A stretch of DNA of 64,000 nucleotides from Escherichia phage JEP8: sequence record MT764208.1. One strand, 5' to 3'. The notes under the pieces were generated by a model, which was not told the origin of the DNA, did not search any database, and worked only from the letters and a program-made list of their open reading frames with translations. Shown piece after piece: positions 6,222-14,881 of this stretch. Numbering within the stretch: position 1 is the first letter of the stretch; each line of letters starts with the position of its first letter. The position numbers and the translations under genes were made by a program.

Positions 6222-7710
6222 CGAATACCTCTTTTACTGTATTTGCAGTGGTCTTGTCGTAGCGAATACGTTTGATGATTGGGAGAAATAAAGAGAACTC
6301 CGGTTCATCTTCTTTACGTGATTTGCTGCGAATGTACCCGTTGCATGTCATCTCAATGACTTTTCCAATCAGGTTATGACGGTCAGCCCATAACATTTCT
6401 CGGTCGAGTTCATTTCGACTATCGAACGGAATTACACGTTCGATACCATCATCACCTTTTTCGGTTGTGGTGTCGGTCAATCCCGATCCGGTGTTAGTCA
6501 TCATTCGTCCGCACGCACTACGGACAGTAAAACCGCCTACCTTATTAGGATCTTTACTATGCGGATATACATCAACAATTTCCGCGTCGAAGTCAATCAC
6601 TTCTTTAAATTTAACCTGATCTTTACTGCGACGATCTTCAAATACACCATGCAGATTTTTAAGGATAATACCTTCTAATCCCATGTTTACATAGCGATGA
6701 TATACTTCGCGAGCTTCATCGAGATTGTTAACTACGGTATTTTCGATTATCTGAACACGAGGATCGTTAAGTTCTTCAACAATCTGTTTTAGTTCTTCGA
6801 ATCGATCTTTATACTGCTTCGTTGCTTTCTCGTTACCGTAGTACACATCACGGTCGATAACATCCCAGACAGTGTAAACAATACATTGGGCTTCTTCTTT
6901 TGGAATAGTTCCTTTCAGTGATTTGTTGAGGATACCATTTCCGGTCTGACGATCTGCAACAACGGATTCTTTCACTGCTTCCGCTACTGGCGTTAATGGC
7001 ATTTCCTCTTCTTCAAATATCCATGACAGAGTACCATCATAAACGCTCTCAACGAAGTTCTGCGCTGGTGTTTGCGAAAGGGTAGGCATATATACCAATT
7101 CGCCATCTAGAACAATTCCACGGCCTCGTAGACGCTCTAAAACCGCAAACAAATCATCAAGCCCTTGATAGGTATTACCTGAGCGGGTATAGATTGCTAA
7201 TGTTTCCCCGTCAATATCAGCCATACCACGAGCGCCATCGCTTTTAAGTTGTGCATACGCCGGATACTTGATATTAGCAATAGTCTTATCAGAACATGAC
7301 GATGCAAGGTGGCACGGTTGCTGAGGGATCAGTTTCTTCCATACCTTGTTTGCAGTGGTAGCGGAACAGCCGCATTCCAGATCACGATTCAGGACCATCA
7401 TTGCAACTTTAGCATCATCCTCTGACAAGCAAGTCAGAGTATCGGTAACTAGTTGTAATGCTGCATTACCAGTTACTTGACGCGTGGCAAGTTTATTTTT
7501 AAAGACCTGTAATGCACCGGATAAAGACAATACAGACGAATAGCGAGATGGTTTATCGTATTTCTTTACGCCAAACGTAACCTGTTTGCAATATGCCAGA
7601 TAAAAGCATTCTTTCAGCGTTTCATTGCTCGCGGATTCTTTCAGAATCTTTTCTTTCAGCGATGTTTTGTCTGTTGCTGCAAGCTGATTAATGATATTAA
7701 GAATTGACAT
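6214..7710 (-). CDS. 30: ATP-dependent DNA ligase (T4 gp30 homolog)
   Basis: clear similarity along the length to T4 DNA ligase as recalled (KADGAR lysine motif, C-terminal LEGIILKN, KFKEVID); track start is GTG, trimmed to ATG 7710 preceded by GAGGTGA. Confidence 0.9.
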   Translation of the reverse strand: MSILNIINQLAATDKTSLKEKILKESASNETLKECFYLAYCKQVTFGVKKYDKPSRYSSVLSLSGALQVFKNKLATRQVTGNAALQLVTDTLTCLSEDDAKVAMMVLNRDLECGCSATTANKVWKKLIPQQPCHLASSCSDKTIANIKYPAYAQLKSDGARGMADIDGETLAIYTRSGNTYQGLDDLFAVLERLRGRGIVLDGELVYMPTLSQTPAQNFVESVYDGTLSWIFEEEEMPLTPVAEAVKESVVADRQTGNGILNKSLKGTIPKEEAQCIVYTVWDVIDRDVYYGNEKATKQYKDRFEELKQIVEELNDPRVQIIENTVVNNLDEAREVYHRYVNMGLEGIILKNLHGVFEDRRSKDQVKFKEVIDFDAEIVDVYPHSKDPNKVGGFTVRSACGRMMTNTGSGLTDTTTEKGDDGIERVIPFDSRNELDREMLWADRHNLIGKVIEMTCNGYIRSKSRKEDEPEFSLFLPIIKRIRYDKTTANTVKEVFDV

Positions 7711-8176
7711 TTTCACCTCGTTTTGTTAAACGTTCACGAATATCATTGAGGATACTACAAAATTCCGATTCAGTCAATATAGTCTTTAACGGATCAGTTC
7801 CACCTATACTATGACGCAATTTCTTATTTCCGGTAGCGAGTAATGCTTTACAAAATTCTGGGTTATTCCGTGCCATCGTAACAAATGCCAGATGTACCAG
7901 TCTGTAATAATGCTCACTCATTCGATGAATCGGGCGACCCTGAAAATATAACATGTGATTCTCTATCTTTTCGGTCCTTCCGGTTCTTTTTGCTTTGCCA
8001 CCGTGCATCAAAAAGATTTCTCTTTGTCTCTGAGGGTTCTTAAATCTTAGCCCCTGTAAAAATCCTTCTGTGCTGTTAATATCGCAACCAAATAGACGGA
8101 ATGGTCTTTTATTGAAATTACTCAATTCACCCGATGGATAAGGTCCACCCGCATAGATATCAATTTCAGAAGTCAT
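7697..8176 (-). CDS. NADAR-domain protein (YbiA-like)
   Basis: GELSNFN...F...STEGFLQGLRFK...ALLATGNKKL pattern matches YbiA/NADAR family segments. Confidence 0.6.
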   Translation of the reverse strand: MTSEIDIYAGGPYPSGELSNFNKRPFRLFGCDINSTEGFLQGLRFKNPQRQREIFLMHGGKAKRTGRTEKIENHMLYFQGRPIHRMSEHYYRLVHLAFVTMARNNPEFCKALLATGNKKLRHSIGGTDPLKTILTESEFCSILNDIRERLTKRGENVNS

Positions 8177-8330
8177 TGAAACTAATCTCGCTAATCAGAG
8201 AGAACGGATCATAATCGTCACTAGGAATATCGATAGTAATCGAGTGAGGGTTTACCCATACACCAAACTGGTCTTCTTCGGTGAATACTTCGGTATGGAT
8301 TTCGTGGATGTTTACATTCATAGTTTTCAT
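8166..8330 (-). CDS. hypothetical 54-aa protein
   Basis: hand-translated; stop overlaps the NADAR start (translational coupling). Confidence 0.35.
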   Translation of the reverse strand: MKTMNVNIHEIHTEVFTEEDQFGVWVNPHSITIDIPSDDYDPFSLISEISFNDF

Positions 8331-8369
8331 AATAAAATTCCTTAATAATCAATAACTTACAAAATCATA

Positions 8370-8402
8370 TAGCCAAAATATAGGCGGGATTATTACCCGC
8401 CG
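8370..8402 (-). terminator. intrinsic terminator after gene 31
   Basis: hairpin GGCGGGTAATAATCCCGCC followed by TATATTTT. Confidence 0.55.
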
Positions 8403-8412
8403 TTTAAAATCA

Positions 8413-8736
8413 TTAACCGTAAACTACCACAATATTCTGTTTGTGCGTTACAGTCCATTTCAGGTCGATCTCTTCTTCCTTCTTAACGCCGTTAATAACG
8501 TCTGGATGAGGAACTTTATTCATCTTTCCATGTGGCAGTAAAACAGTTTTACCCAGCAATTCTTTATCTACCGTCTCGCCAATATCAATAATCTTACCTA
8601 CCAGCGGAATCTCACCCATAGTGCGCTTTTGCTCAATAATGATCCCCATAGAGCTTTTTACTTCGGTCCCTGCGCTTTCTGCTTTAGCTTCGATAATTAC
8701 ATAATCACCAAGTGCTTTAGGAGTTTTAACGGTCAT
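8413..8736 (-). CDS. 31: co-chaperonin GroES-like (T4 gp31 homolog)
   Basis: 107 aa, GroES-like pattern (LGDYVII...G.IIDIGE), position between ligase and cd as in T4. Confidence 0.75.
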   Translation of the reverse strand: MTVKTPKALGDYVIIEAKAESAGTEVKSSMGIIIEQKRTMGEIPLVGKIIDIGETVDKELLGKTVLLPHGKMNKVPHPDVINGVKKEEEIDLKWTVTHKQNIVVVYG

Positions 8737-8777
8737 AATTTTATTACCTCTTCAAATCAATACAGTTTAATGATGAA

Positions 8778-9076
8778 TTATTTATAAATTTCGACGATCT
8801 GCGCTGGAGTCAGCCCGTCTACATTAATCAGACTATCAAGCCCAAAACTACGGAAACCTTCAACTGCAATTTCATATACTGGCAAAGATGTTTCTGATTC
8901 TTTACGCGGTTTCTCAACATTCGGAACTAACCACTTTTCGTATGTTTCGAAAGGCATCAGTGCCGGATCTCGCGGACAGTACCATCTTTCTTAGTAAACT
9001 GCAAAGAGTGAGTACCGACCGAAAACATTTTCTTTAGTGCTTCACGAAGTGCGATATTATCAATTTGTTCCGTCAT
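8778..9076 (-). CDS. two overlapping small ORFs (39 aa, 8957..9076; 59 aa, 8778..8957) joined by a TGATG overlap
   Basis: hand-translated; could be two coupled genes or one frameshifted gene. Confidence 0.3.
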
Positions 9077-9575
9077 TATCAATACCCTTCAAATCAGTCA
9101 ATAATGCTTTTGGAATACGCGTAACCGTAATATCGGCATTATTCAGAATATCAGCCCAATCACGCCCACCATTTCGATCATATGTGTCGCAGTAATATAT
9201 GTGTTTAATACCACTGTTTGCAATTGCTTTAGCGCAATCTGGACATGGTGAAGCAGTACACCACATACTAGCGCCTTCAATCGACACACCGCTACGGGCA
9301 GCAAACAAAATAGCATTTAATTCAGCGTGGATCTCGTTTTTCTGCGACCATGCACTATGCTCTGGTCGTTTTTCTGGGATCATTTTGCCTTCATCATCCA
9401 GCCAACCGCTTTTATGTGCATGACAGCTACAGTTTTCTTGCCCTGCTGGAGTGCCGTTAAATCCAGTAGAAATGATTCGCCCGTCTTTTTCGATCAGTGC
9501 GCCTACCTTCCACGAAACACATTTAGAGTTCTTTGCGATTAGATAAGCGATCTGCATGTAAGTTTGTGACAACAT
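9060..9575 (-). CDS. cd: dCMP deaminase
   Basis: zinc-binding H-A-E-x-N-A and P-C-x2-C motifs; T4 cd position. Confidence 0.9.
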   Translation of the reverse strand: MLSQTYMQIAYLIAKNSKCVSWKVGALIEKDGRIISTGFNGTPAGQENCSCHAHKSGWLDDEGKMIPEKRPEHSAWSQKNEIHAELNAILFAARSGVSIEGASMWCTASPCPDCAKAIANSGIKHIYYCDTYDRNGGRDWADILNNADITVTRIPKALLTDLKGIDNDGTN

Positions 9576-9596
9576 AATATAATCCTCACATATTAA

Positions 9597-9800
9597 TTAA
9601 CCGTATACGCGAAAGTATTCTACTGATCCGTCGCTATACTGTTTTACATTGAATGTATTCACACCATGACCATTGCTCATAATGACATATACACTACGAC
9701 GCTCATCGCTAAACGGGTTAACTGGTGCGGGTTCAATTTCAACATTAAAACCACGTTTAGCAAGTGCTTCGCCCAATTGCTTGAGTTTATCGGTAAACAT
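9597..9800 (-). CDS. hypothetical small protein (67 aa)
   Basis: ORF between pseT and cd, same orientation. Confidence 0.45.
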   Translation of the reverse strand: MFTDKLKQLGEALAKRGFNVEIEPAPVNPFSDERRSVYVIMSNGHGVNTFNVKQYSDGSVEYFRVYG

Positions 9801-10678
9801 TAAAAGTCTCCGTAGTTAACCTGAAAACATTCTACACCAATTGCGCGGTACATGTCAACCACTTGATCACGGTCATCTACTGCCAACACAACATGATAAC
9901 GCGGTGCAATTTCAGAGAAGAAAATCTCTTTCTTCACTTCATGGTCAGGACGACGATCATTAGTTTCACGTTGAAAGTGAACACTAGGTTCAATACCCTG
10001 TTCACGCAACCATTGCAGAGTATCTTCTTCGCAAACATCCTCACGCCCTGAGCATGTAATGATACGATAGCCATTATCACGATACAGTTTAAGCATTTCG
10101 ATCACTTGCGGACGTGGTTTATCTTCTTTGACCTTTGTCCAGTCAAACGGATGACGACCGCCCTTATCCGCTAATGTCCCATCAATATCAAAGATCACTG
10201 CCTTTGGCAGCATGGTATTCGGTTTGTATACTTCTTGACCCATATATTCCTGCATCAGATAAAATTGGTTACGCAAATGAGAAAGTGGGATTGCTTTCTC
10301 TCCACGATAGAAATTACGTTTCTTTAGTGTCTCGAATGATTCATTGAACACTTGTTCAGTATACACCGCGTTAAATTCTTTTGCAAGTTCTTTGTAGAAT
10401 ACACGATGTTTTTCTTTCAGGTTAGTATCAGAGATAATGATACTTAATCCGCGTGATAGAGTCTCACGAGCAATCATTCTCTGAATAGACTCTACCAGCT
10501 TTTCTTTTTCCTTAGTATACTTGTATTTCAAATGTGAGTCAACACCAAACAACATAAGACGAAGGTCATCACGATTAACATTACGATAATTACTAAACCG
10601 TTTACATGTCTCCATAGCCCATGTAGTTTTACCGGACCCAGAACAACCAACGGTTAAAATCACTTCACATTTCGGCAT
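9800..10678 (-). CDS. pseT: polynucleotide 5'-kinase / 3'-phosphatase
   Basis: N-terminal P-loop GCSGSGKTT and C-terminal HAD motif DIDGTLAD; track start GTG trimmed to ATG 10678 (TAATG overlap with upstream gene). Confidence 0.9.
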   Translation of the reverse strand: MPKCEVILTVGCSGSGKTTWAMETCKRFSNYRNVNRDDLRLMLFGVDSHLKYKYTKEKEKLVESIQRMIARETLSRGLSIIISDTNLKEKHRVFYKELAKEFNAVYTEQVFNESFETLKKRNFYRGEKAIPLSHLRNQFYLMQEYMGQEVYKPNTMLPKAVIFDIDGTLADKGGRHPFDWTKVKEDKPRPQVIEMLKLYRDNGYRIITCSGREDVCEEDTLQWLREQGIEPSVHFQRETNDRRPDHEVKKEIFFSEIAPRYHVVLAVDDRDQVVDMYRAIGVECFQVNYGDF

Positions 10679-11010
10679 TATTTCTCCTTCGGTTTGCACC
10701 GTTCCTCATTAAGTTCTTTGCGATAATAACACATGATCAACTTACTTTCAAGTGTATATCTCTTAATATCCGCAAGCCAGACTCTGAATTTTTGGGAGTC
10801 CTCCCACGACATAGAAACTCTAGGTTTACCGTCTATTGTATCCACTTTCAGGTCAATGTCAACTTTTTCTATTGGTGCTGGTAGTGGAGGATGTAATTTC
10901 GGTTCCTGTGAATAATAGTCCATTGTACACGAAGAAAGCGCAAATACAATAGGCACAGCGAAGACATGGATTATGGCGGTCTGAAAATTCTTATGTGCTT
11001 TCTTAAACAT
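10678..11010 (-). CDS. putative outer-membrane spanin (lipoprotein, Rz1-like)
   Basis: trimmed to MFKKAHK...; lipoprotein signal peptide with lipobox LSSC; follows a TM/coiled-coil gene; next to pseT where I recall the T4 spanins mapping. Confidence 0.5.
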   Translation of the reverse strand: MFKKAHKNFQTAIIHVFAVPIVFALSSCTMDYYSQEPKLHPPLPAPIEKVDIDLKVDTIDGKPRVSMSWEDSQKFRVWLADIKRYTLESKLIMCYYRKELNEERCKPKEK

Positions 11011-11126
11011 CCAGTGTATCACGAAAATTGAAAACACCATCAGGATAATAATGCTTGCACCTATCCACAGATAATCAACCAGATTAAAATGGCTTATCTG
11101 CTCTTGTGTAGGCAATATTTCTATGC

Positions 11127-11450
11127 TCATTTAGTAGCCTCCTTTAATTCTTCGGTAAACTCCTTAAATGAGTCATTAAGCTGTTTCTCTACCAACTTGG
11201 GTTTTTGTGCGACTACATAGCCTCGTGTAGCGTCTTTCATTGCTTTGTTTTGTTCTTCTGCAAACTTAGTTCTTATCCCGTACATCTCCTTTTGTAGTGA
11301 GTCTACGACCTTCATCTTTTCATCTGTCTTTTTCTTATACTCTGTAAATTCCTGATTCAGTCGATCTACCTCCTTTTTATTTTCCCACCACATATTTCCA
11401 CCTACCCCCAGCAACACAGAGATGATAACAATGTATATCAGCTTTGACAT
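11127..11450 (-). CDS. putative inner-membrane spanin (Rz-like)
   Basis: trimmed to ATG 11450 (MSKLIYIVIISVLLGVGG...): N-terminal TM segment then charged coiled-coil; track start is TTG. Confidence 0.5.
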   Translation of the reverse strand: MSKLIYIVIISVLLGVGGNMWWENKKEVDRLNQEFTEYKKKTDEKMKVVDSLQKEMYGIRTKFAEEQNKAMKDATRGYVVAQKPKLVEKQLNDSFKEFTEELKEATK

Positions 11451-11470
11451 ATTACCCCCAACGACAAAAG

Positions 11471-11488
11471 GCGGGGAACTAGCCCCGC
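11471..11488 (-). terminator. stem-loop / putative terminator after gene 63
   Basis: hairpin GCGGGGCTAGTTCCCCGC followed by CTTTTGT. Confidence 0.4.
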
Positions 11489-11494
11489 TTATTA

Positions 11495-12664
11495 TTACCA
11501 ATCAATCTTATCAGCCGGAATCAGTTTCTTATAATTCCGTAGATAGTAAGTTTTCATTGAATCCAGAATACGGTCATAATCAAGACCATCAAATGCAATC
11601 ATCAGACACATGAAAATATATGCTTGTGCATCACCATGTTTACGCGATTCGATAGTCGCATTGGATGCATATGTCTTTCTATCTTCACCCGCGTGTGCGT
11701 TATAAAACTCTGTTGCTGTCGTAAAGGCATTGCGAAGAATAGACCTGAATGCTTCCTCGAATAGCTCGATTCGTTCCAGTGCTTCCGGTTCGCCTTCATA
11801 TGCAGCACGCAAATCATCGGTTTCGCTTTCTACGACATAGTAGATCAGGTTATTAGGAAACATCGATGTGTTTTTAATGTTATGCACACCAATATACCAT
11901 TCACTCTTCACTTTGAACAGTTGACCGTCTTTAGTGCGTGCAACAATTCCTTCGATACCTTCTGCGGTCCGAACTTCATCAAGAATATTGCTAAAACGCG
12001 CTGAATCAACCTGTAACGCATTTACCAGATGAGGACGTAGGATTGAATCGGCGAATAGCATTTGATGCGGTACATACTCTCCTGTGACGTTATGGCGTAC
12101 ATTCAGAAGTGTTAGCGACGGTTCAGAATATTCTACAACAATTCGGTTGCTGGGTGCTGTATATTCAAAGTTGAAAGTATAATCAGACCCAATATCGGCG
12201 ATCTTAGCGCGTAGATCCGCATACTTCTCGGAATACAGAAGACCGTTTGCTCTCTCTGCCTGGCTTGAGTATAAGGCCGCTTTAGACTTCAACTGAACAT
12301 AGCCGTTATCAATGTATGTGCTTACTAGACTACCGTCCATTTTGTCCATGACCATTTCCACATCTTCCGGCTTAAAGCGAGCGCGATCATTCTCGCCTAA
12401 ATTAAAAAACTTCTCCATAGGACGAGATGCAATGCGGACCGGACTACCTTTATCGTCAATTTCAAACATGATCCCGCGACACTCTAACGCATCTGGTTTA
12501 TTCCACATTTCCGGTTTGCTCAAGTACAGATAACTAAAAATGCGCATACGGGTTTGCATCGCCGTAATTTCATCTTTGTAATAGAACGTATCAGATCCGT
12601 CACATAGTGCCATCAGATTTTTGAACAATGCTAAAACTTTTTTGTTGTTTTCTTTTGTTGACAT
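11495..12664 (-). CDS. 63: RNA ligase 1 / tail-fibre attachment protein (T4 gp63 homolog)
   Basis: PDALECRGIMFE...PVRIASRPMEKFFNL and downstream blocks match T4 Rnl1 as recalled. Confidence 0.9.
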   Translation of the reverse strand: MSTKENNKKVLALFKNLMALCDGSDTFYYKDEITAMQTRMRIFSYLYLSKPEMWNKPDALECRGIMFEIDDKGSPVRIASRPMEKFFNLGENDRARFKPEDVEMVMDKMDGSLVSTYIDNGYVQLKSKAALYSSQAERANGLLYSEKYADLRAKIADIGSDYTFNFEYTAPSNRIVVEYSEPSLTLLNVRHNVTGEYVPHQMLFADSILRPHLVNALQVDSARFSNILDEVRTAEGIEGIVARTKDGQLFKVKSEWYIGVHNIKNTSMFPNNLIYYVVESETDDLRAAYEGEPEALERIELFEEAFRSILRNAFTTATEFYNAHAGEDRKTYASNATIESRKHGDAQAYIFMCLMIAFDGLDYDRILDSMKTYYLRNYKKLIPADKIDW

Positions 12665-13061
12665 AATTTGTGTTCCATTCTGGTTTAAATTTTGTGATCA
12701 AAACAGGTTCTTCGATATCGGCAGTGCTTATAATATCCTTACCCGTTGGATTCTCAATATATAACTCAAAGCACTGGCGGTAATAGAATGTTACTGTCTT
12801 ACCTTCCTCTAGCGCCTTATGAATATTCTTACTCTTGCGAGTATCCGCTGTTGGTGTTTGTCTGTTAATGCTAGTCCGGTAATAGTTGATCCGCTTTCTG
12901 AGATTGACAGTCTGACCAATGTATACCAGTTCATCATCAACTACAATAGCGTAAAGAACATTTAAACGGTTCTTCTGAGGCGGCAGAATCACATCACCAT
13001 CTTTACACTCTAAACATGAATATTTAACGAATCCATAGTTTTCTATTAGCTCATTAATCAT
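12600..13061 (-). CDS. denA: endonuclease II (GIY-YIG family)
   Basis: NVLYAIVVDDELVYIGQTVNLRKRINYYR closely matches T4 EndoII; upstream of nrdB as in T4. Confidence 0.85.
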   Translation of the reverse strand: MINELIENYGFVKYSCLECKDGDVILPPQKNRLNVLYAIVVDDELVYIGQTVNLRKRINYYRTSINRQTPTADTRKSKNIHKALEEGKTVTFYYRQCFELYIENPTGKDIISTADIEEPVLITKFKPEWNTNYVNKRKQQKSFSIVQKSDGTM

Positions 13062-13077
13062 TATCCTTTCCTCACGT

Positions 13078-13105
13078 CACAACAAAGGCGGGATTTCTCC
13101 CGCCC
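13078..13105 (-). terminator. putative terminator after 13112..13510
   Basis: hairpin GGCGGGAGAAATCCCGCC followed by TTTGTTGT. Confidence 0.45.
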
Positions 13106-13111
13106 ACCTTA

Positions 13112-13510
13112 TTAACTTTCCAGAATATCGCGAGCTTCGTTACGCTCCTTGATGATTTTCAGGACAAATTCCAGTTTTTCTTTGTTCAGTGTTCCATTTT
13201 CCATTGCTTCTTTGACGGTAAACACTCCGCCACCTTGCCCGTATACAGTGACAGTGATTTCACCTAACATCGTAGTATGAAAACCGCCAATTTTCGGTGA
13301 TTCGAAAGAAACAATTACCTCGCGGACAGTATTACCGTCGTTGATTTCTGAGAGGGTAATGTCGTTTTTGTAGGCGGTTGCTTTAACCATACGGATCAGC
13401 ATAGTCTGATCTGGGGAGATGGTCATTTTGTCCATTGCATGTTGCAATGCAGCGTAACCGAAAACTTTAACGAAGTCCAGAACGTCTTTGCGAGTTTGAA
13501 ATTTAATCAT
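13112..13510 (-). CDS. hypothetical protein (132 aa)
   Basis: ORF followed by a terminator hairpin at 13087-13104. Confidence 0.5.
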   Translation of the reverse strand: MIKFQTRKDVLDFVKVFGYAALQHAMDKMTISPDQTMLIRMVKATAYKNDITLSEINDGNTVREVIVSFESPKIGGFHTTMLGEITVTVYGQGGGVFTVKEAMENGTLNKEKLEFVLKIIKERNEARDILES

Positions 13511-13543
13511 CTTGATACTCCTTAGTTGTTTTGGTATGGGAGT

Positions 13544-13572
13544 ATCTTACTACTCCCGTGATATGCTGTCAA
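13544..13572 (-). promoter_or_regulatory. early promoter TTGACA-N17-TAAGAT (GGGAGTAGTAAGATACTCCC type)
   Basis: upstream of 13112..13510. Confidence 0.5.
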
Positions 13573-13580
13573 CTGCTTTT

Positions 13581-13730
13581 TTATGCAACCGCAAACATCA
13601 ACATTTGAACATTCTTGGCTGTCTGGCTTTCAAAGTTCTGACATTCTTTGATAATGTCCTCTACTTTCTCGCCGGAGAACTCCGCGTAAATTTCGATTGC
13701 CATTTTCAGTACCGCGTCAAAGTTGTTCAT
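13581..13730 (-). CDS. hypothetical 49-aa protein
   Basis: hand-translated (MNNFDAVLKMAIEIYAEF...); conserved RBS and promoter cassette upstream. Confidence 0.35.
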   Translation of the reverse strand: MNNFDAVLKMAIEIYAEFSGEKVEDIIKECQNFESQTAKNVQMLMFAVA

Positions 13731-13768
13731 TTGATTCTCCTTAAAGTGTATTTCGTTTCGATGGGGGT

Positions 13769-13797
13769 ATATTACTATCCCCGTTTCATGCTGTCAA
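13769..13797 (-). promoter_or_regulatory. early promoter TTGACA-N17-TAATAT
   Basis: drives 13581..13730. Confidence 0.5.
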
Positions 13798-14016
13798 CTA
13801 CTTTTTAATGACAAGTTCGAATTTTGCTACCTTGCGTCCTCGTTTATTGAAAGCAACCCACGGACGGTTTTCAATGTAGAACAATTCTTCACCAATAATG
13901 AATATTGGCTGATTGTAAAGGCGACCCATCAGGTCACGCTGGCGAATGGTAGTAGATTCGTATACTTCGCCTACTACAAAGTGTTTGCTGATAGAGTCGG
14001 TGCAAGTAAATTTCAT
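13798..14016 (-). CDS. hypothetical small protein (72 aa)
   Basis: ORF with promoter cassette 14050-14078 and RBS. Confidence 0.5.
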   Translation of the reverse strand: MKFTCTDSISKHFVVGEVYESTTIRQRDLMGRLYNQPIFIIGEELFYIENRPWVAFNKRGRKVAKFELVIKK

Positions 14017-14049
14017 TTTGATTCTCCTTTGTTTCGTTTCGATGGGAGT

Positions 14050-14078
14050 ATCTTACTACCCCCGTTATTCAGTGTCAA
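14050..14078 (-). promoter_or_regulatory. early promoter TTGACA-N17-TAAGAT
   Basis: drives 13798..14016. Confidence 0.5.
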
Positions 14079-14085
14079 CTACTTT

Positions 14086-14304
14086 TTACTTGTTGTATTC
14101 ATTCCACCATTGGGTGAGCTTATCAATTATTTTTGTGTTTCTATCCAACTTCTCCCACCGTTTTCTAGGGTTTATCAACCGGAATAGGTAAGGTGTACTT
14201 GTTAAGTGAATTTGGTCAATGTAGTGATTGATGTACTGCTTTTCGATTCTAAGTTTCATCTTTTTACGATGAAAATATGCAATGACTTGTTCTTCTGTTT
14301 CCAT
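14086..14304 (-). CDS. hypothetical small protein (72 aa)
   Basis: ORF with promoter cassette 14329-14357. Confidence 0.45.
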   Translation of the reverse strand: METEEQVIAYFHRKKMKLRIEKQYINHYIDQIHLTSTPYLFRLINPRKRWEKLDRNTKIIDKLTQWWNEYNK

Positions 14305-14328
14305 ATGTTCCTCCGTTTCGATGTGTGT

Positions 14329-14357
14329 ATTATGCTATGGCAAGATCAGATTGTCAA
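14329..14357 (-). promoter_or_regulatory. early promoter TTGACA-N17-CATAAT
   Basis: drives 14086..14304. Confidence 0.55.
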
Positions 14358-14365
14358 CACCCAAT

Positions 14366-14395
14366 AACAAAAAAGTCGCCATTATGGGCGACTTT
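14366..14395 (-). terminator. intrinsic terminator after HAD-like gene
   Basis: hairpin AAGTCGCC-N5-GGCGACTT followed by TTTTT. Confidence 0.6.
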
Positions 14396-14404
14396 GAACA
14401 AACA

Positions 14405-14881
14405 TTAATCATGACCGTGATTTGCAATATCCGCTCGCGTCTTATCTTTGTGATTTCCTACGTCAAAGACACGATAACCATTTTCACGCAAAACTTTAAT
14501 CACTTCTGGGTTATCCTCAAAGACTCCGACAACTTCATCTTTATCAAAGGATTTAATTACCTCTAATTTGATGTGATAGTCTTTACGGGAATCGGTACGG
14601 CCTCTCATAAAGATTTTATCAAAACACACCCCGTTAGAAATTAACCAATCAATTGTTTCCATGTAAGCATGTGAACTTCGTCCGGTGAGGATGTAAATCA
14701 AATGCCCGTTGTCGGAAAGAGCATTAATAACACGAATTACATCGTAAATGGGGGAATCTCCCCCACATGCCTTGTTATATTCGATCCATGACTCGACTTT
14801 ATCAAGATTTTCGGTTGGCATCTTTGCTAGTCGATGTGTTGGATCTGTGATCGTAAAATCTAAATCGACAAAATATATCAT
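14405..14881 (-). CDS. HAD-superfamily phosphatase-like protein
   Basis: N-terminal DxDxT motif (FVDLDFTIT), ILTGRS, EDNPE; terminator hairpin downstream. Confidence 0.55.
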   Translation of the reverse strand: MIYFVDLDFTITDPTHRLAKMPTENLDKVESWIEYNKACGGDSPIYDVIRVINALSDNGHLIYILTGRSSHAYMETIDWLISNGVCFDKIFMRGRTDSRKDYHIKLEVIKSFDKDEVVGVFEDNPEVIKVLRENGYRVFDVGNHKDKTRADIANHGHD

